Shown here piece after piece: positions 28,229 through 40,270 of a stretch of DNA of 64,000 bases. Position 1 is the first letter of the stretch; every line of letters starts with the position of its first letter. The DNA is from Blasia pusilla (Eukaryota). Where the stretch lies: contig CM114271.1 of NCBI GenBank assembly GCA_050084515.1, positions 39,804,001 through 39,868,000 on the forward strand, in the 5' to 3' direction. Position numbers and translations under genes: made by a program. The notes below the pieces were generated by a model. It did not search any database, was not told where the DNA came from, and saw only the letters and a program-made list of their open reading frames with translations.

Positions 28229-28780
28229 AGATACGATTCGTTCAAGTTTGTGGTAATGCCTTTCGGTCTATTTAATGCGCCTCTGACGTTCACCACTTTG
28301 ATAAACTCCATCTTTCATAAGGACACAGATGAGTATGTGATCATCTACATAGATGACAAACTCATCTATTGAAAAACACTAGAGGAGAACACTCAACATT
28401 TGAAGACTATGTTTGAGAAACTCAAGGCAAACAAGTTGTATGCAAATGCCGACTAGAGTGAGTTCGGTTTGACAAAGATCAAGATCTTGGGGCATGTGGT
28501 TAGTGCAGATGGAGTGAGTCCAAACATGGAAGAGATAAGGGCAATTTCGAATGGGAACCGCCTTCCACTGTGAAGGGGATGAGGAGGCTCATCAGAGCGG
28601 TCCAATTTTACTAGACATACGTGAAGAACTTTTCGAGAATAGTGAAACCTCTCACAGATTGGACCACCAAGTTTCCAAACAGGAAATGGACCGAGGAAGT
28701 GAAGAAGGAGTTCAACTTTCGCAGGAACTAGTTTTGAAGCCGCCGGAGTTCGACCAACCGTTTGGAGGTGTACCATGGAG
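28229..28780 (+). pseudogene. Ty3/Gypsy reverse transcriptase fragment
   Basis: RYDSFKFVVMPFGLFNAPLTFTTLINSIFH..YVIIYIDDKLIY*K..LGHVVSADGV with in-frame stops. Confidence 0.9.
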
Positions 28781-29492
28781 GAATGTCCACTAACAAGATA
28801 TTGACAATGATCTTGTATGTGGCAGTGACATATATAGCCAACTACATTTGGTTTTCTAGTCTGACCGATAACAACCTTGAGGAGAACATTACATGGGACT
28901 ATGTGGAGGGCTGAAATGAGCGGTTTGGTCCGCAATTGGTTTTTTTGCATTCCACCATCGCCACCAAAACCATATAGATAGGCGAGGAGAAATTGCTTTA
29001 GCTATGAATACCCTAAAAACTCAAAATACCCATTCATCATAAATTTATAAGAAAACACACCTATTCCTTCATGTTTGTTTGCGAGTATTTTTTTATATTT
29101 TTCATTTGAGTGTTCCAAGTTCTAACTACAAAGCTTGTTTAATATGTATATTATAACCTATGTGCAAAGGGCTCCCCCTTCTCAAAGGCATTACAAGTTA
29201 GAGCGCATGTTTATGGCAAAGGATTTCCTTTTGCTATCTTTAGAGAATGAGTTGGTGGTTGAGTGGATGATTGGTGATTTGCCTATGTCTCCATCAATAT
29301 GAGATATGGGAGGCCATAAGCATAACAAGGGATCCATGGATGATGATGGTGGATTATAGCACGATAATGCGTGCTTGCATGAGTGCGTCGTAGATGTCCT
29401 TAATCGCTTCTATGACGATGGCATGGAAGAATTATGCATGAATATTTTAACTATGAACTGATGCACTATGAGAGCATTTTAATGAGGATATG

Positions 29493-29960
29493 CAAGTTCA
29501 ATTATATGATCTTATTCAAACATCTCACATGGTAGCTAGATTGCTTCTTCTCAACTTACAAGAGCATTTTTTTGTTTCAAAGGTATCCATCGACTTGAAG
29601 TTAGGCCTAATGCATAACTCATTGCAACCCAATCCTTGCTACAAACGCTCATAGTAATCGATTATGCAACCAACTCTGAATTAGCCACTCCACAACTATT
29701 GAGCCAAAATCCAACAGGATAATTCAACAAGGTCAAACATATATGCCCTTACAACCAGTTTCTATTTCATAGACATGGGTCATCCTTCAAGTTTTTCTCA
29801 TATTTTTGGGCCATACGATAAGGAGATGATATCCAAGGCGATGACTCATGAAAGATTCTTCGTAGATTTTCTATCATTCCATGATAGTTGCACATATATA
29901 GAGTTTCAGGATTGGAAGAGTTGATGGTATGGCATATAGGCCAAAATTCAATAGATGGTG
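29493..29960 (+). pseudogene. CACTA/EnSpm transposase (TnpD) N-terminal fragment
   Basis: LYD..S....LLLLNLQ..F.VS..SID..L.LMH..L.PN and KILRRFSIIP**LHIYR....LMVWH, matching the typical KVLR.FP.IPRL...M.WH motif. Confidence 0.65.
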
Positions 29961-30359
29961 CATGCGGAAGGAGCTTATAACATACAACAAAGGGCGGGCC
30001 CTACTGGAAAAGTCACCCTCAACAGAGTAACCCCCAACCCTATGTATGAAACCGCATCCCTACCTAGACACTACGGCCCTACATAAGGTATGGCCTCTAC
30101 TAGCACACTATACTCTACGACATAATCCGTATGGTCATGACAGTTGTCGTCATACAACATGCATCGCTGACATACTATACTCACATACATACATAACAAA
30201 GACGAGACCATACACAAACACAAGTGTACCACAACTCGCCCCCCTAACTGGCGGTTAGGTCCCTCTAACTTCCAAGAAGCCCTATACATCTACTACATGC
30301 TATACACCTTCGTGGGTGCAGGAATCAGAAGGCCGGGTGCAAGCACGTGCCTGATGAAC

Positions 30360-32008
30360 CTGGAGATGTCGTAACACACGCAATATCTCCCAAAAAATCG
30401 AGACCTAGGGTCGTGTAATCCCTTACTACGACCAGCACGTGTATAATCCTGACATGGCCATCCAACAATCACCAAATCCACAAGACCAACCCTCTCAAGG
30501 TCCTACGCCCCCAAAAATGCAATGTGTGACGACAAAGCACGCTGGTACCCACGAATTGCTGATGGCGGCAACAACTCAAGAAATCTCCGCATCAACTGCC
30601 CAATATGTCGGGATGAGACTCTCTGGGCCGTCTCATCTCGCTCCACATACACGTATCTCCGCACAAGAATACCGGCGTGCAACACTGCAGCCAAACCAGT
30701 GCTAATCCCACCAAAGAGATCTAACACACAAATGCCTTCCGACGGATACAACCATACAATGGGTGTAGTATCCAAGGGGATAACCCAACTGGACCAGAAG
30801 TAGGAGTCCGCAGTGGAGGTTCCTCTTCCTCGTGAGGTATAACAACCTCACACCAAAGCCTCTTGCATTAGGCGATCAGCCTCCTGCCATAGTGCACCGC
30901 CTGAACTCCAAAGTGGCACATCCAACGATGAGGATACCACTGCTGCAAAACTAGGGACCTCCTCTACCTCTTCATGCACAGGAGAATCCATAGCAGAAAG
31001 GTTACCCTCCAAAAAGTCTCATGGCCAAGTGACTACTCCACTAAAACTAGCCAGAGATGCTAACACTGTTGGGGACGACCCTCTTGGTCGAGCCCCATAA
31101 ATAAATCTCATAGGAACCTGGCTCATACGTCCATCCCCAGACTGCCAACCAGTTCTATAAGATGTTGTTTCAGTCCAGAAGTCCATCTGAAAACCCATCG
31201 GGTACAATACTGCTCCTCCAACTATTACATCATACGACTCGGCCAATGTGACCACTGCAAATACTCCCAACCTGGAGCTATCAGTCGCATGATCTGGTCT
31301 CAACTGTACATACAACTTCCCCGATGGCATGAAATGAGACCTATCATTGGCTCCTCCAAGCGATGTCTGAATCTGGAATGGGCAAGGCTCAAGCTCTGAC
31401 CTCCGACTACCCAAACCAATACATGTTGTCTTTCCCAACATCAAAGGTTGGGCACCAGAGTCTAACAAGACTCTATCTGGTCTACACACCTGTCTTGTAT
31501 GACTCACCAATCGAAATATCCCACTCTGGTTGTCCAACATATAAACACCAGGTGTAAGCCTCTCACGATCAATGGTTGGCCGGGCAGGTAATGCATCCAT
31601 CTTCGCCGCTGCTGCCTGCCAAGTAGCATTGGTACTCAATGCTACACCTGACATAGAGGGTTGCTCCACTGTAACACCCTCATCCATCTCAACATGTGTA
31701 GCAGTAACACTCTCACGTTCACACAACGTGGGTGCTAGCTGAAATACATGAGCTAAGTCAACTCCTAAGGCCATCAACTCAGTGGCTGAAAGCAATGGGG
31801 ATCCCAACACTGAAGTTGTCATCCGCAATACTGCACTGGATGCTGCATCCATGTCTACTACATGCGATATAGATGCCTCAGTCCCTACTGTAGGCTCAAT
31901 AGACTGCGTAGGAACCATAGATGGAGTCCTAAGCACCTCTGACAACAAGAATGATTGGGGAAGCCTATCCTGCCTCCCAGCCTCATCCCTCTGTGGATCC
32001 AACTCCAC
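30360..32008 (-). pseudogene. Polyprotein remnant: retropepsin-like protease followed by C5-cytosine methyltransferase motifs I-IV
   Basis: VLLDSGAQPLMLG...YDVIVG protease; VLDLFGGISTG (motif I), YVYVERD (motif II), DLVIVGWPCQDYTRAG..GLHDPRSRFF (motif IV, catalytic PC). Listed ORFs 31019-32008, 30503-30775 and 30293-30481 share one frame, broken by stops. Confidence 0.85.
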
Positions 32009-33631
32009 AATAGCACCACGTGGCTATGACGCTCGAGTGGCTCCTCTCGTAACTGCAGTCGTTGCCTCAACCTGTGCTGCACTCGCCATATAAGAGAGAT
32101 CATCCCCTCCATAAGAGGTGGAAGCCCATGCATAAGAGCTAAAAATCAGACAAACTTGCTGTCCATACAACTCTAGAATCGCAAATCCGACAGCGCTTCC
32201 GCCCAGATTCATGCACATAGAAATCTGCAACACTCTTTCACCACAACAGCAATCTGCTCCATACACTCAAGTAGATAGCTTCACATGAGATCACAATAGA
32301 GGTAGCAATAGGAACCTCCAACCTACAGAGCTTCCGTACTCCAAGCTCTCCACATCAGAAAACTGTCGAACACGAGTCAGAATCTTCAATCTTTGATAAC
32401 TTCCAACTCCCTGGACGAAATCCAGCGATCTAAAGTGTGTTTGAAAGCTCTGAGCAAGGCGCTTCTTTCCCAACCAACCACGCACCAGATACACACCTCC
32501 AACATAGGCCACAAGCCACGAACATCCACGGCTGAGTAAACAATCAGCCCTAACCAGATCCTACTGATCTACGATCGAAGCTACCATCGATCTACTATAG
32601 TTCTTTGAGTGAAATCCGTGAAAGACCTTATGTCATAAACCATGTATAGAATCACATACAATCGAGCCACACCCACTCCAGGATGGGAGAATCCAGGTCG
32701 AAGCTTGGGGGAACCACCATAGCCAAGAGCTCTTCTCACTACCAAGGCTAACTTCCAACGCACCGGCTCAACTCAAAGAACTAACGATTCTTTGAGTACA
32801 CTCCACACTATATCCTCCAACTTAAGGGCGGGCCCTATTGGAAAAGTCACCCTCAACAGTGTCGTATAGTAAAATCAGCCAGTGGGTAAATTCTTTCCTC
32901 GTTCAGTGTTCAATAGATTTTTATTAGTATTAAGAAAATTAGCTTAGGAAAAGGAAATTCCCATATTTAAACCTCTTTACGGTGCCTCTTTTATGCGGGC
33001 CCAACTTTAGGAAAAAAGGTAATAAATAAAAAATGAATTTATAAAAGTAAAGTAATAAAAGATGACTTTATAAAGGTTGGTGCTTTAATGAAAAGCAAAA
33101 GTAGGCTTGGTTGGTAGCTAGGTTAGTTGGGGTAATTTGGAAAATATCAAGTGGGTAAAAGAGGATATTTTGGAAGAGATAAGAGGAAATCTAATTGTGT
33201 CAAAATATGATTGGCTGAGCAATGAGAGGAAGCCATGTAGCACAAAATAAGATTAGCTCTATTTCGTACTCTTGTGGATCTCTTGTGAGTATATAAAGAG
33301 GCGGGACCTTCAAGGGTTCATCATCTTCTATTACACATCTTGAGTCTCTTGTGTGACTCTTGAGTATATGGTTTTGGGATTGCTTGCTCTTCCAATGAGA
33401 GTGGATCACCCCTCTTGGGAGAGTAACTTGATCATGGTCTATTCTTCAAGAGGTTTTTAGAGTGTGGTGTGTGTGTGGAAATGAGAGGTTTGTCATCTTA
33501 GAGGAGTTTAGTCATACTAAAATAGTGAATGTTTTGGCTTGTTCCTTTCCCAATGAGAGTGGATAACCCTTCTTGGGAGAATAATTCCTCCCAAACCCAT
33601 TCTTGAGGAGAGTAGAGAATGTCTATCAAGC

Positions 33632-33879
33632 ATGGATAGGGGTGGAGCACGAGTTGTGCCCGACTTTTCTTTCCTCAATCCATACCATGTCAAGACACTC
33701 TTTGTAGATAGGCATTGGTTCACTCGCTATTTAGTTTATCACTTTAGAGAGGCGTTCATGAACCAAGTCATTCAATCTCCAACTCCGGTCATCCTTCCTA
33801 TTGTCACATGTGGAAGGACATGGGATTTATCGTCACATATGGAAGGACATGGGATTGTACTTTGTATGTCCTTATATAG
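33632..33879 (+). pseudogene. Small ORF-A in solo LTR (72 aa once a 29-bp tandem duplication is removed)
   Basis: Duplicated gtcacat(g/a)tggaaggacatgggatt at 33803 and 33832; the repaired frame ends WDCTLYVLI* at the same position as the 21539 copy. Confidence 0.55.
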
Positions 33880-33885
33880 CAATCC

Positions 33886-34146
33886 ATGGACGTCAATAGG
33901 CCTACTCAAGTAGGGTTTAACACTAGTTGTGCTATCTTCCTCGTGAACAAGCGTAAAGTAGTTTATAGGGATTTTATGGTTAGGAATTTTGGGGTCCGAT
34001 GTTACCAAGAAGTGATCGCCTTGGCACTTCTATTTGTGATATCTGTCGTGAGACAATGGAGAGTATACAAAAGAATGAATTTTTTATTGAAAAAGGAGAA
34101 CTTCTTAGAGGGTTCACCTTGCATTGACCACGTCTGCCGCAGCTAG
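33886..34146 (+). CDS. Small ORF-B (86 aa) in solo LTR, unknown function
   Basis: MDVNRPTQV..TSC..KVVYRD..FGVRCYQEV; a disrupted homolog MDLDRLL*V..TQC..KVANRE..FGQKYYDEV starts at 21769. Confidence 0.45.
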   Translation: MDVNRPTQVGFNTSCAIFLVNKRKVVYRDFMVRNFGVRCYQEVIALALLFVISVVRQWRVYKRMNFLLKKENFLEGSPCIDHVCRS

Positions 34147-34849
34147 AAGATATGCCCTTACTCGAAGAAAGGCTCTCAACACGACAAGGGAATAACCCCC
34201 AACCCTATGTATGAAACCGCATCCCTACCTAGACACTACGACCCTACATAAGGTATGGCCTCTACTAGCACATTATAATCTACGATATAATCCATATGGT
34301 CATGACATAGTGCCTCTCTTTCACTTTGGCTTTTCAAAAAAAATTTGTCAAGAGAGAGGGAGATCAAATATTTTAAAGGCTTCCTCTATGTTGTTATGTT
34401 GAAAGCCTTTTTTTTACTCTATTCACTAGAGGTTTTATGACTTGCTCTATGTCTTTTGACTTCTATGCAGAGTGCCAATCCAAATGCCAAGTAGTGACTA
34501 GAGGTGTCATTGCCATCATCACACAAGGTGCAAGAGTTGGTGCCGAGCTTTCCAATGCCAACCAGGAATCTCTAGTGCTAACCATCTACTCTACGTGATT
34601 AGGACCTCCAATAAATATTATTGTTCTCCATTACAACAACTTTGGGAAATAAATCAATAGTACTGAATGTGAAGAAAATTCCTTCTAGTGTGACCAACTT
34701 AGCAATATCAATATATGCTCTTGCTTTGCTTGTTGTGAATTTTATGCAGGAGACCAAGTGATGACTAGAGCTTCCAACCTTAGTTAGAGAGAGAGATTGT
34801 ACGCATTAAGTAGTGCCTTATGCTGCCTTGAGACCATAGACCATAATAT

Positions 34850-35635
34850 AGATTAGCAATCGGTGGTCTATTTGGGAGGTGACACAAAACAACCTATTCA
34901 AGGAACTTAGCCAGTGAGCATCAAGCTACTGAATGGAGTACAAACTGCCATATGTCTTGTATGTCGGCCGACTCAAGAAGAATCTGATCTCAGTAGATCG
35001 ATTTGATCAAGCGGGAGCACATGCGACAGTCAAAATTGTTGTTGTATCGTGGAACACAAAAGTGTTAGAATGAGAGACTGTACTCATTAAATAGTGGCTT
35101 ATGTTGCCTTGAGACTATAGACCCTTGCGCTATGATGTTGCACAAGACATTACGTACCAGTGGAGTAGCTTTGGGCTTACCTAATGTGTGGAACAATTAT
35201 GGTGTGAGCAACCTAGCAATATCATCATATGCTTTTGCTTTGTGTGTTGTGAATCTCTTTACAACATAATACATCTTACCTAATTGGAATGCCCTAAAGG
35301 AGTTACTCACAAATGTAGCAGCTTTGGGCTCTAAATTGTGGCTTTAGAATGTGTTGAATAGCTTTGGTGGTACGAGCTGAGCAATCTGTATGGGTGGTAA
35401 TCAAAGATTAAATCAAGGAAGAGGAAGCTATAGTTGTCCACATAGAGAGTTAGAATGGATATAGGAGCCACTCAACACGTGGCTCACCACCTCAACACAT
35501 TTAACAATTTTCAAGCTAGTAATACACATCAACAATCAGTGGTATATTTGGGAGATGACACAAAACAACCTATCCAAGGAACTCAGTTAGTAAGCATCAA
35601 GCTACTGAATGGAGTACAAACTGTCATCCCAGATG
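34850..35635 (+). pseudogene. Ty1/Copia protease-region fragments, locally duplicated
   Basis: MDIGATQHV..VYLGDDTKQPIQG and YVGRLKKNLISV; ~34856-34950 is repeated at ~35535-35627. Confidence 0.7.
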
Positions 35636-35639
35636 CTAG

Positions 35640-38060
35640 AGTCATCATTGTAAATCCTCTTCATGAGTCTATGCCTAAATTGGCCATCTGTGTTACTACC
35701 ACCTGTAACAAGTTCACTATAGAGTGGATGAGACAACATTAGGTACAGTTGAAAGCAATGTGGGATGAGTATTGTTGAGTTGATGTCGAGCCTTTAGTGG
35801 GACATGCCAGTGATTGGGATGCCCGTAGTAGAAAACTAATGATGGAGGATTTTAGGGGTGTTAACTCTACTATATCTAGGTACAACGTAGGGTGGGAAGG
35901 ATGGCACTATTCTATCTCTATTCTTCCTAATGGTGATCTCTATGGCTTTGGAGACCATGATACACCTCACAATGGGAAGAAAGCAATTAATCCATTGGAT
36001 AGATGCTCAGCTACTTGTGTCCTTGGAGATCAACATCCGTCTCTGTCATATGTGACAAATGTCTATAACCACTACAAAATTCATGACCATGGCTTGAAGT
36101 GGGATGATGTGAATAGGACTAACATGCAAAATTGGGCTGGGTTGAATTGCTTCAAAGAGAGTGCAAGCTTGTTTGCAAGATATGTTTGAAAGAATGGATG
36201 TTGGTCATGACAGAAGCCTAGGGACCCAACTATACTTAGAGTTTGTGGTGATTACATTGATATTTTTTTCTCACGTAAGCATGACTTGAGGAGTCGTGTA
36301 GTTTTGGAATCTAAAGTGTCATGGTTCTTTCGACTCTGGAGACTTTGGCTGAGACATGGTGATCATTCTGTGATAGAGAGTGTAGGATTTACGAAAGATA
36401 AGAACATGATATCAGTGCAAGCTTTCCATGATATCAACGTGTCTTGCAATTTTTTTTGTATTACTAATGTGTGCATTTTGTGACAAGAATCCATACTAGC
36501 AAGTTCCGTTTCACCTCCTAGGATCTAATTGTTGTGAGATCTTCTTCAGCAAGGTAGGTGGAATGAGCGGCCATGAACGCAACTATGATTTTGGGTCTTT
36601 GTTGGATAGTGGAGTGGGATTGAATAGATTGGTTGGCTTGGAATTTGGACCAGAAGGATTAAACATTGGCTGGTCTCACCCAAAGCAAGATCATGTGTGG
36701 GGAACTCTCCATCCGTTAGGTGTAGGGGAAGATGCTCCCAACCTATTTGACTATTCATTGATTCATACTAATGAGCCGGTAGTTGATGCCCTTAAAGCCA
36801 AATCAATATTGACCACGTTGAATATGTCTTGTAGATCCTCTTTGCCTACAAGTCTGAGGCGATGGTGGTTGCATCCAGGGAATGTGGAGGCAGAGACGTG
36901 GCTTGATTTAGCTATTATAAATGCGGCAGGTACATGTGATGACTCTGCGGATTTCATAGAACACAAACCAATAATAGCATGGTTGCACAAAAATGGTCAA
37001 GTCCTTCCTTAGGATGGGCATGGACGGACAAGTTTGGACATGTCCACGAACATGGGTTCCAATATTTGGGACCCTCACCATGATGGAAGGCAAGGCAAGG
37101 ATGAGAGTAGCAATGAGGGAGGGAGGAGGGAGGGAAGGTGGAGGGAGGAAGAAATGGGGGAGTATGGAACACAAAGGCAAGTAAGGGGAATGAGAAAGAA
37201 GGGAAAGGTGGGGCCCATAAGGACAAGTCCATCCATAGGACAGACATAAGTCCACGGACTTTGTCCACATGCAATCTTCAATAGTAAGCCCTCAACCATT
37301 CGAGGACTCTTCTGATGAAACAGAAGTTGATGATCCAATGTCGAGGGATTTTCAATAGTCTTGATGCATGGGAAAGTGATGCACCGGCCTCTATTGAGTC
37401 CAAAGTGATTGGTGAAGACTTGGATGAGGATGCAGATTACAATCCATCCATAGAGACAGATATATTGGGACATGTTGTAAGGCATGTATTCAGTTCAATT
37501 TTGCAAGAGTGCACACATAGAGTTCCTCGTCGAGTTATGCCTACTGTGATATTTGAGAGTAAAACATACTACAAATGTACTTTGGTGAGTGATTGGGCTT
37601 GCAATCCTTTCATTTCTAAACATAGGCTAATACATATGACACATAAAACATAGTACACTATAGGTAAGGTAAAAGAACCAACTAATCCAAATTTTCGACT
37701 TGTTATGTTCACATTGGAAGTGATATAGCTATTTTTTTAGTCTACTACAAAAGTTGGCCTTTCTTCCATATCATGTGAGTCAAATAAGAGAAAACAAAAA
37801 GAGTTGGATGAGAACACAGTAGTCCCTACAAAGGAATTTTGGTTAGGTTGTATTCTATTCGTCATACATAAATATGGTAGTCAATCGGAAAGATGTAGTC
37901 TTGTAGATCTCCTATTGATCTTTTGGACCGGCCTGTCCCAAAAGATGGGCAGACATACAGTGTCTGTCAAATATTGTGCAATTGGTATCGGCGCTGAGGT
38001 AAGAGCAATACCTTGTTCACATATGATGTATGTGATGGCCAATATATTGATATTGAAATG
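35640..38060 (+). pseudogene. Decayed DDE transposase, P-element/THAP9-like, interrupted by a MITE
   Basis: GHASDWDARSRKLM, DTPHNGKKAINPL, DDVNRTNMQNW, FFRLWRLWL, FHLLGSNCCEIFFSKVGG; order resembles P-type SD / D.PH..K..RN / QD.LE.FF..R..GG motifs. Superfamily call is inference. Confidence 0.55.
36978..37279 (-). mobile_element. hAT-type MITE copy, reverse orientation
   Basis: catggttgca...tgcaatcttc; degenerate TSD aataatag/aatagtaa; reverse complement of the 27621 copy. Confidence 0.85.
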
Positions 38061-39104
38061 GTGATTTCAAGTGTGAGCTTGCCCATGAAGCCAAGTCTTA
38101 CATCGTGGATATATTAATTGAATTACAATAATTTATAAGTGATCAATGATTACATTCGCAGTGTGTCATCTTTTGCCAAGTGATGTGCATGTTATAGTGT
38201 GAAGTCATTTTCTGATATTAGGATAGGCTAGTTTTGGGAGGGAATATGTTAGGGGGATGACGGGGTGGCCATATGAGCATCCTGCCCATATCGAGGATCA
38301 ATTCCTCTCCTTCATAGGTACCAAAGTAATGGGGAAAGTGGAAATTGCACAAAACATTTAGTTAGTGGAAACATGCAGATAATTCCACCTTACATATCAT
38401 TCTTATGTTTGGGTATCGCTGAAGGTTGTTAATAGCTTGTTATCAAGTACAAAAACACAAGATTGTCATGCAAAGGGATACTTATCTTACTTCAAGCCGC
38501 TAAACAAATCAAGGATAAAAATTTACTGAACAAAATATAGGGGTCATAATTTCTATAAACTTGCGGTTTTAGAGTAAGTAAGGGGGAGGAAAAAAAATTT
38601 CACTTATAAGTTAGGGATTTTTTACCCCAAAACATCGTAGGTAATGTATGAGGTATACAGAGACCTGATTCCCCCAAGAACTTTCAAACCTACTCGCATA
38701 TGGAGAGCACATATCCTTGTTGGTCAATGGAGCCATAAATATGTGATTGGCTCTTGTAACCAATCTAATCTTCTCATATGGCCTTACGTGACAATCCTAT
38801 ATATTCATTGAGGTCAATTACTTTTAGTTTTTTAAGGTAATGTTGAATCTTGCAATGACTATACTTGTATTTAGGACTCTCAGTGTTCATGTAATCGTAG
38901 GAAAGTCAGCAATATGCTTTTTTGACCTTATTTGGATATTCATTGGCAAATGATTGTGTAGCAAGGAAATAAATGTAAAGGACTGTATTCTTATGGAGAT
39001 ATAGGTTCTCATGTCTTTTAGGAAGATTTGACGAATATATGTAGGTGCCTTTAAGGAGATCGTACGAGAATCTCAAGAGATTAAGGATAACCTTCGTAGC
39101 TCTC

Positions 39105-39108
<4 letters not shown>

Positions 39109-39168
<60 letters not shown>
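39109..39168. repeat. (AG)30 microsatellite
   Basis: Direct reading. Confidence 0.95.
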
Positions 39169-39170
<2 letters not shown>

Positions 39171-39428
39171 TGCATATGGAAAAAACACGTGTCCGTGGAC
39201 TTTCACCCGTTCTAATTTTCCATGTGAGCCCCACCTTTCCCTTCTTTCTCATCCCCCCACCCCACTTACCCTATATGTTCCATAATTTCCCGTTTCTTCC
39301 TCTCTCCACCCCCACTTCCTCCTCCCTTATTATCTCACTCGCCCTTAGCCTACATTCCATCATGAACTATAAATGTGGGCTCCATCTCTCAAAATCCATA
39401 TCTGTCCTACGGACGGACTTGTCTGTTT
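39168..39428 (+). mobile_element. Diverged, truncated MITE copy between two microsatellites
   Basis: ggttgca..gtgtccgtggac..cccacctttcccttctttctcat..catcatgaactataaatgtggg resembles the family. Confidence 0.7.
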
Positions 39429-39491
39429 GAGAGTGAGAGTGAGTGAGTGAGTGAGTGAGTGAGTGGTGAGTGAGTGAGTGAGTGAGTGAGT

Positions 39492-39554
<63 letters not shown>
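39429..39554. repeat. Compound (GAGT)n(GA)n microsatellite
   Basis: Direct reading. Confidence 0.95.
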
Positions 39555-39557
<3 letters not shown>

Positions 39558-39680
39558 TGGAACTCATTCTTTCTTTGTTGAACCTCTTAGTATGATCCAA
39601 GGCAACTATGGTCCTCCCTGTCTTGTGAGTGATCCCCTAGCCTCTCATTAAGAGAGTGGGATTAGTTTGACATGAGAGAG
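39545..39680 (+). repeat. Dispersed repeat shared with 62362-62495 (probably LTR/TE fragment)
   Basis: ctcattct..ttgttgaacctctt..ctatggtcc..cttgtgagtg..agcctctcatta.gagagtggg..tttgacatgagagag occurs in both places. Confidence 0.75.
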
Positions 39681-39886
39681 GGATGGAGATTATGTGCACC
39701 ATTGGAATAATAAGTATAAAATTATGATATAATTGGAGATATTTTGGTACACAATCATCTTGGTATGTAGATGCCATGAGTGAATATGGTATTTTACGTG
39801 TGTATGCTTTTAGTCAATAACAATAATGTATATTTTGTATCAATGTGTATGGGCACAACTAGGAAGCAATTATCATTATAGATTCG

Positions 39887-40270
39887 GAGAGGGTCTTTCC
39901 ACCCTCATTCATGATGAAGTGGAGACATCGACTCATTCATTTGGCTAGAGAGGTTGGCATAGCTGCACTTGTGAAAATATTGCAGGTGGATGTATTTTGT
40001 TGAACGTTAGATGCGCCGAGTGAAGGACTTGATAAAAAACCCAGGCTTCAGTGGAGGGAAGTATGGCAAAGGGCTACATGTTAGGCGAGGCCATGTTCTA
40101 CACATCCAAGGGTCGCCTCAATATTGCTACATTGGTAGAACATACATCTTGGTTGGTGGATATTGAAGATGAAGACAACCATCAAAGAGCATATAGGGCA
40201 CATACAAGGGTGTATTTGACAGAGATACGCTGCATCCAAGCATATGCCCTATTGTTTCATCAAGAATGAA
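39887..40270 (+). pseudogene. CACTA transposase C-terminal (DUF4218-like) fragment
   Basis: ERVFPPSFM, HRLIHLAREV, RWMYFVER, VEGSMAKGYM.GEAMFY. Confidence 0.8.

Larger units (their letters stand above)
32860..34186 (+). mobile_element. Solo LTR (1327 bp) related to the LTR at 21043-22140
   Basis: TGTCGT...ACGACA inverted termini; splits the otherwise contiguous LTR of the DNMT element; TATA-like gtatataaag near 33289; shares caatgagagtggat motif and internal ORFs with 21400-22140. TSD is degenerate. Confidence 0.8.
29990..34307 (-). mobile_element. Internally deleted LTR retrotransposon encoding an aspartic protease plus C5-DNA methyltransferase. One LTR at ~29990-30233; the other is split into 32824-32859 and 34193-34307 by a solo-LTR insertion
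   Basis: 29990-30025 matches 32824-32859 (1 mismatch) and 30028-30142 matches 34193-34307 (5 mismatches); PPT-like aggggggcgag then TGT on the minus strand at ~30246-30231. Confidence 0.8.
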
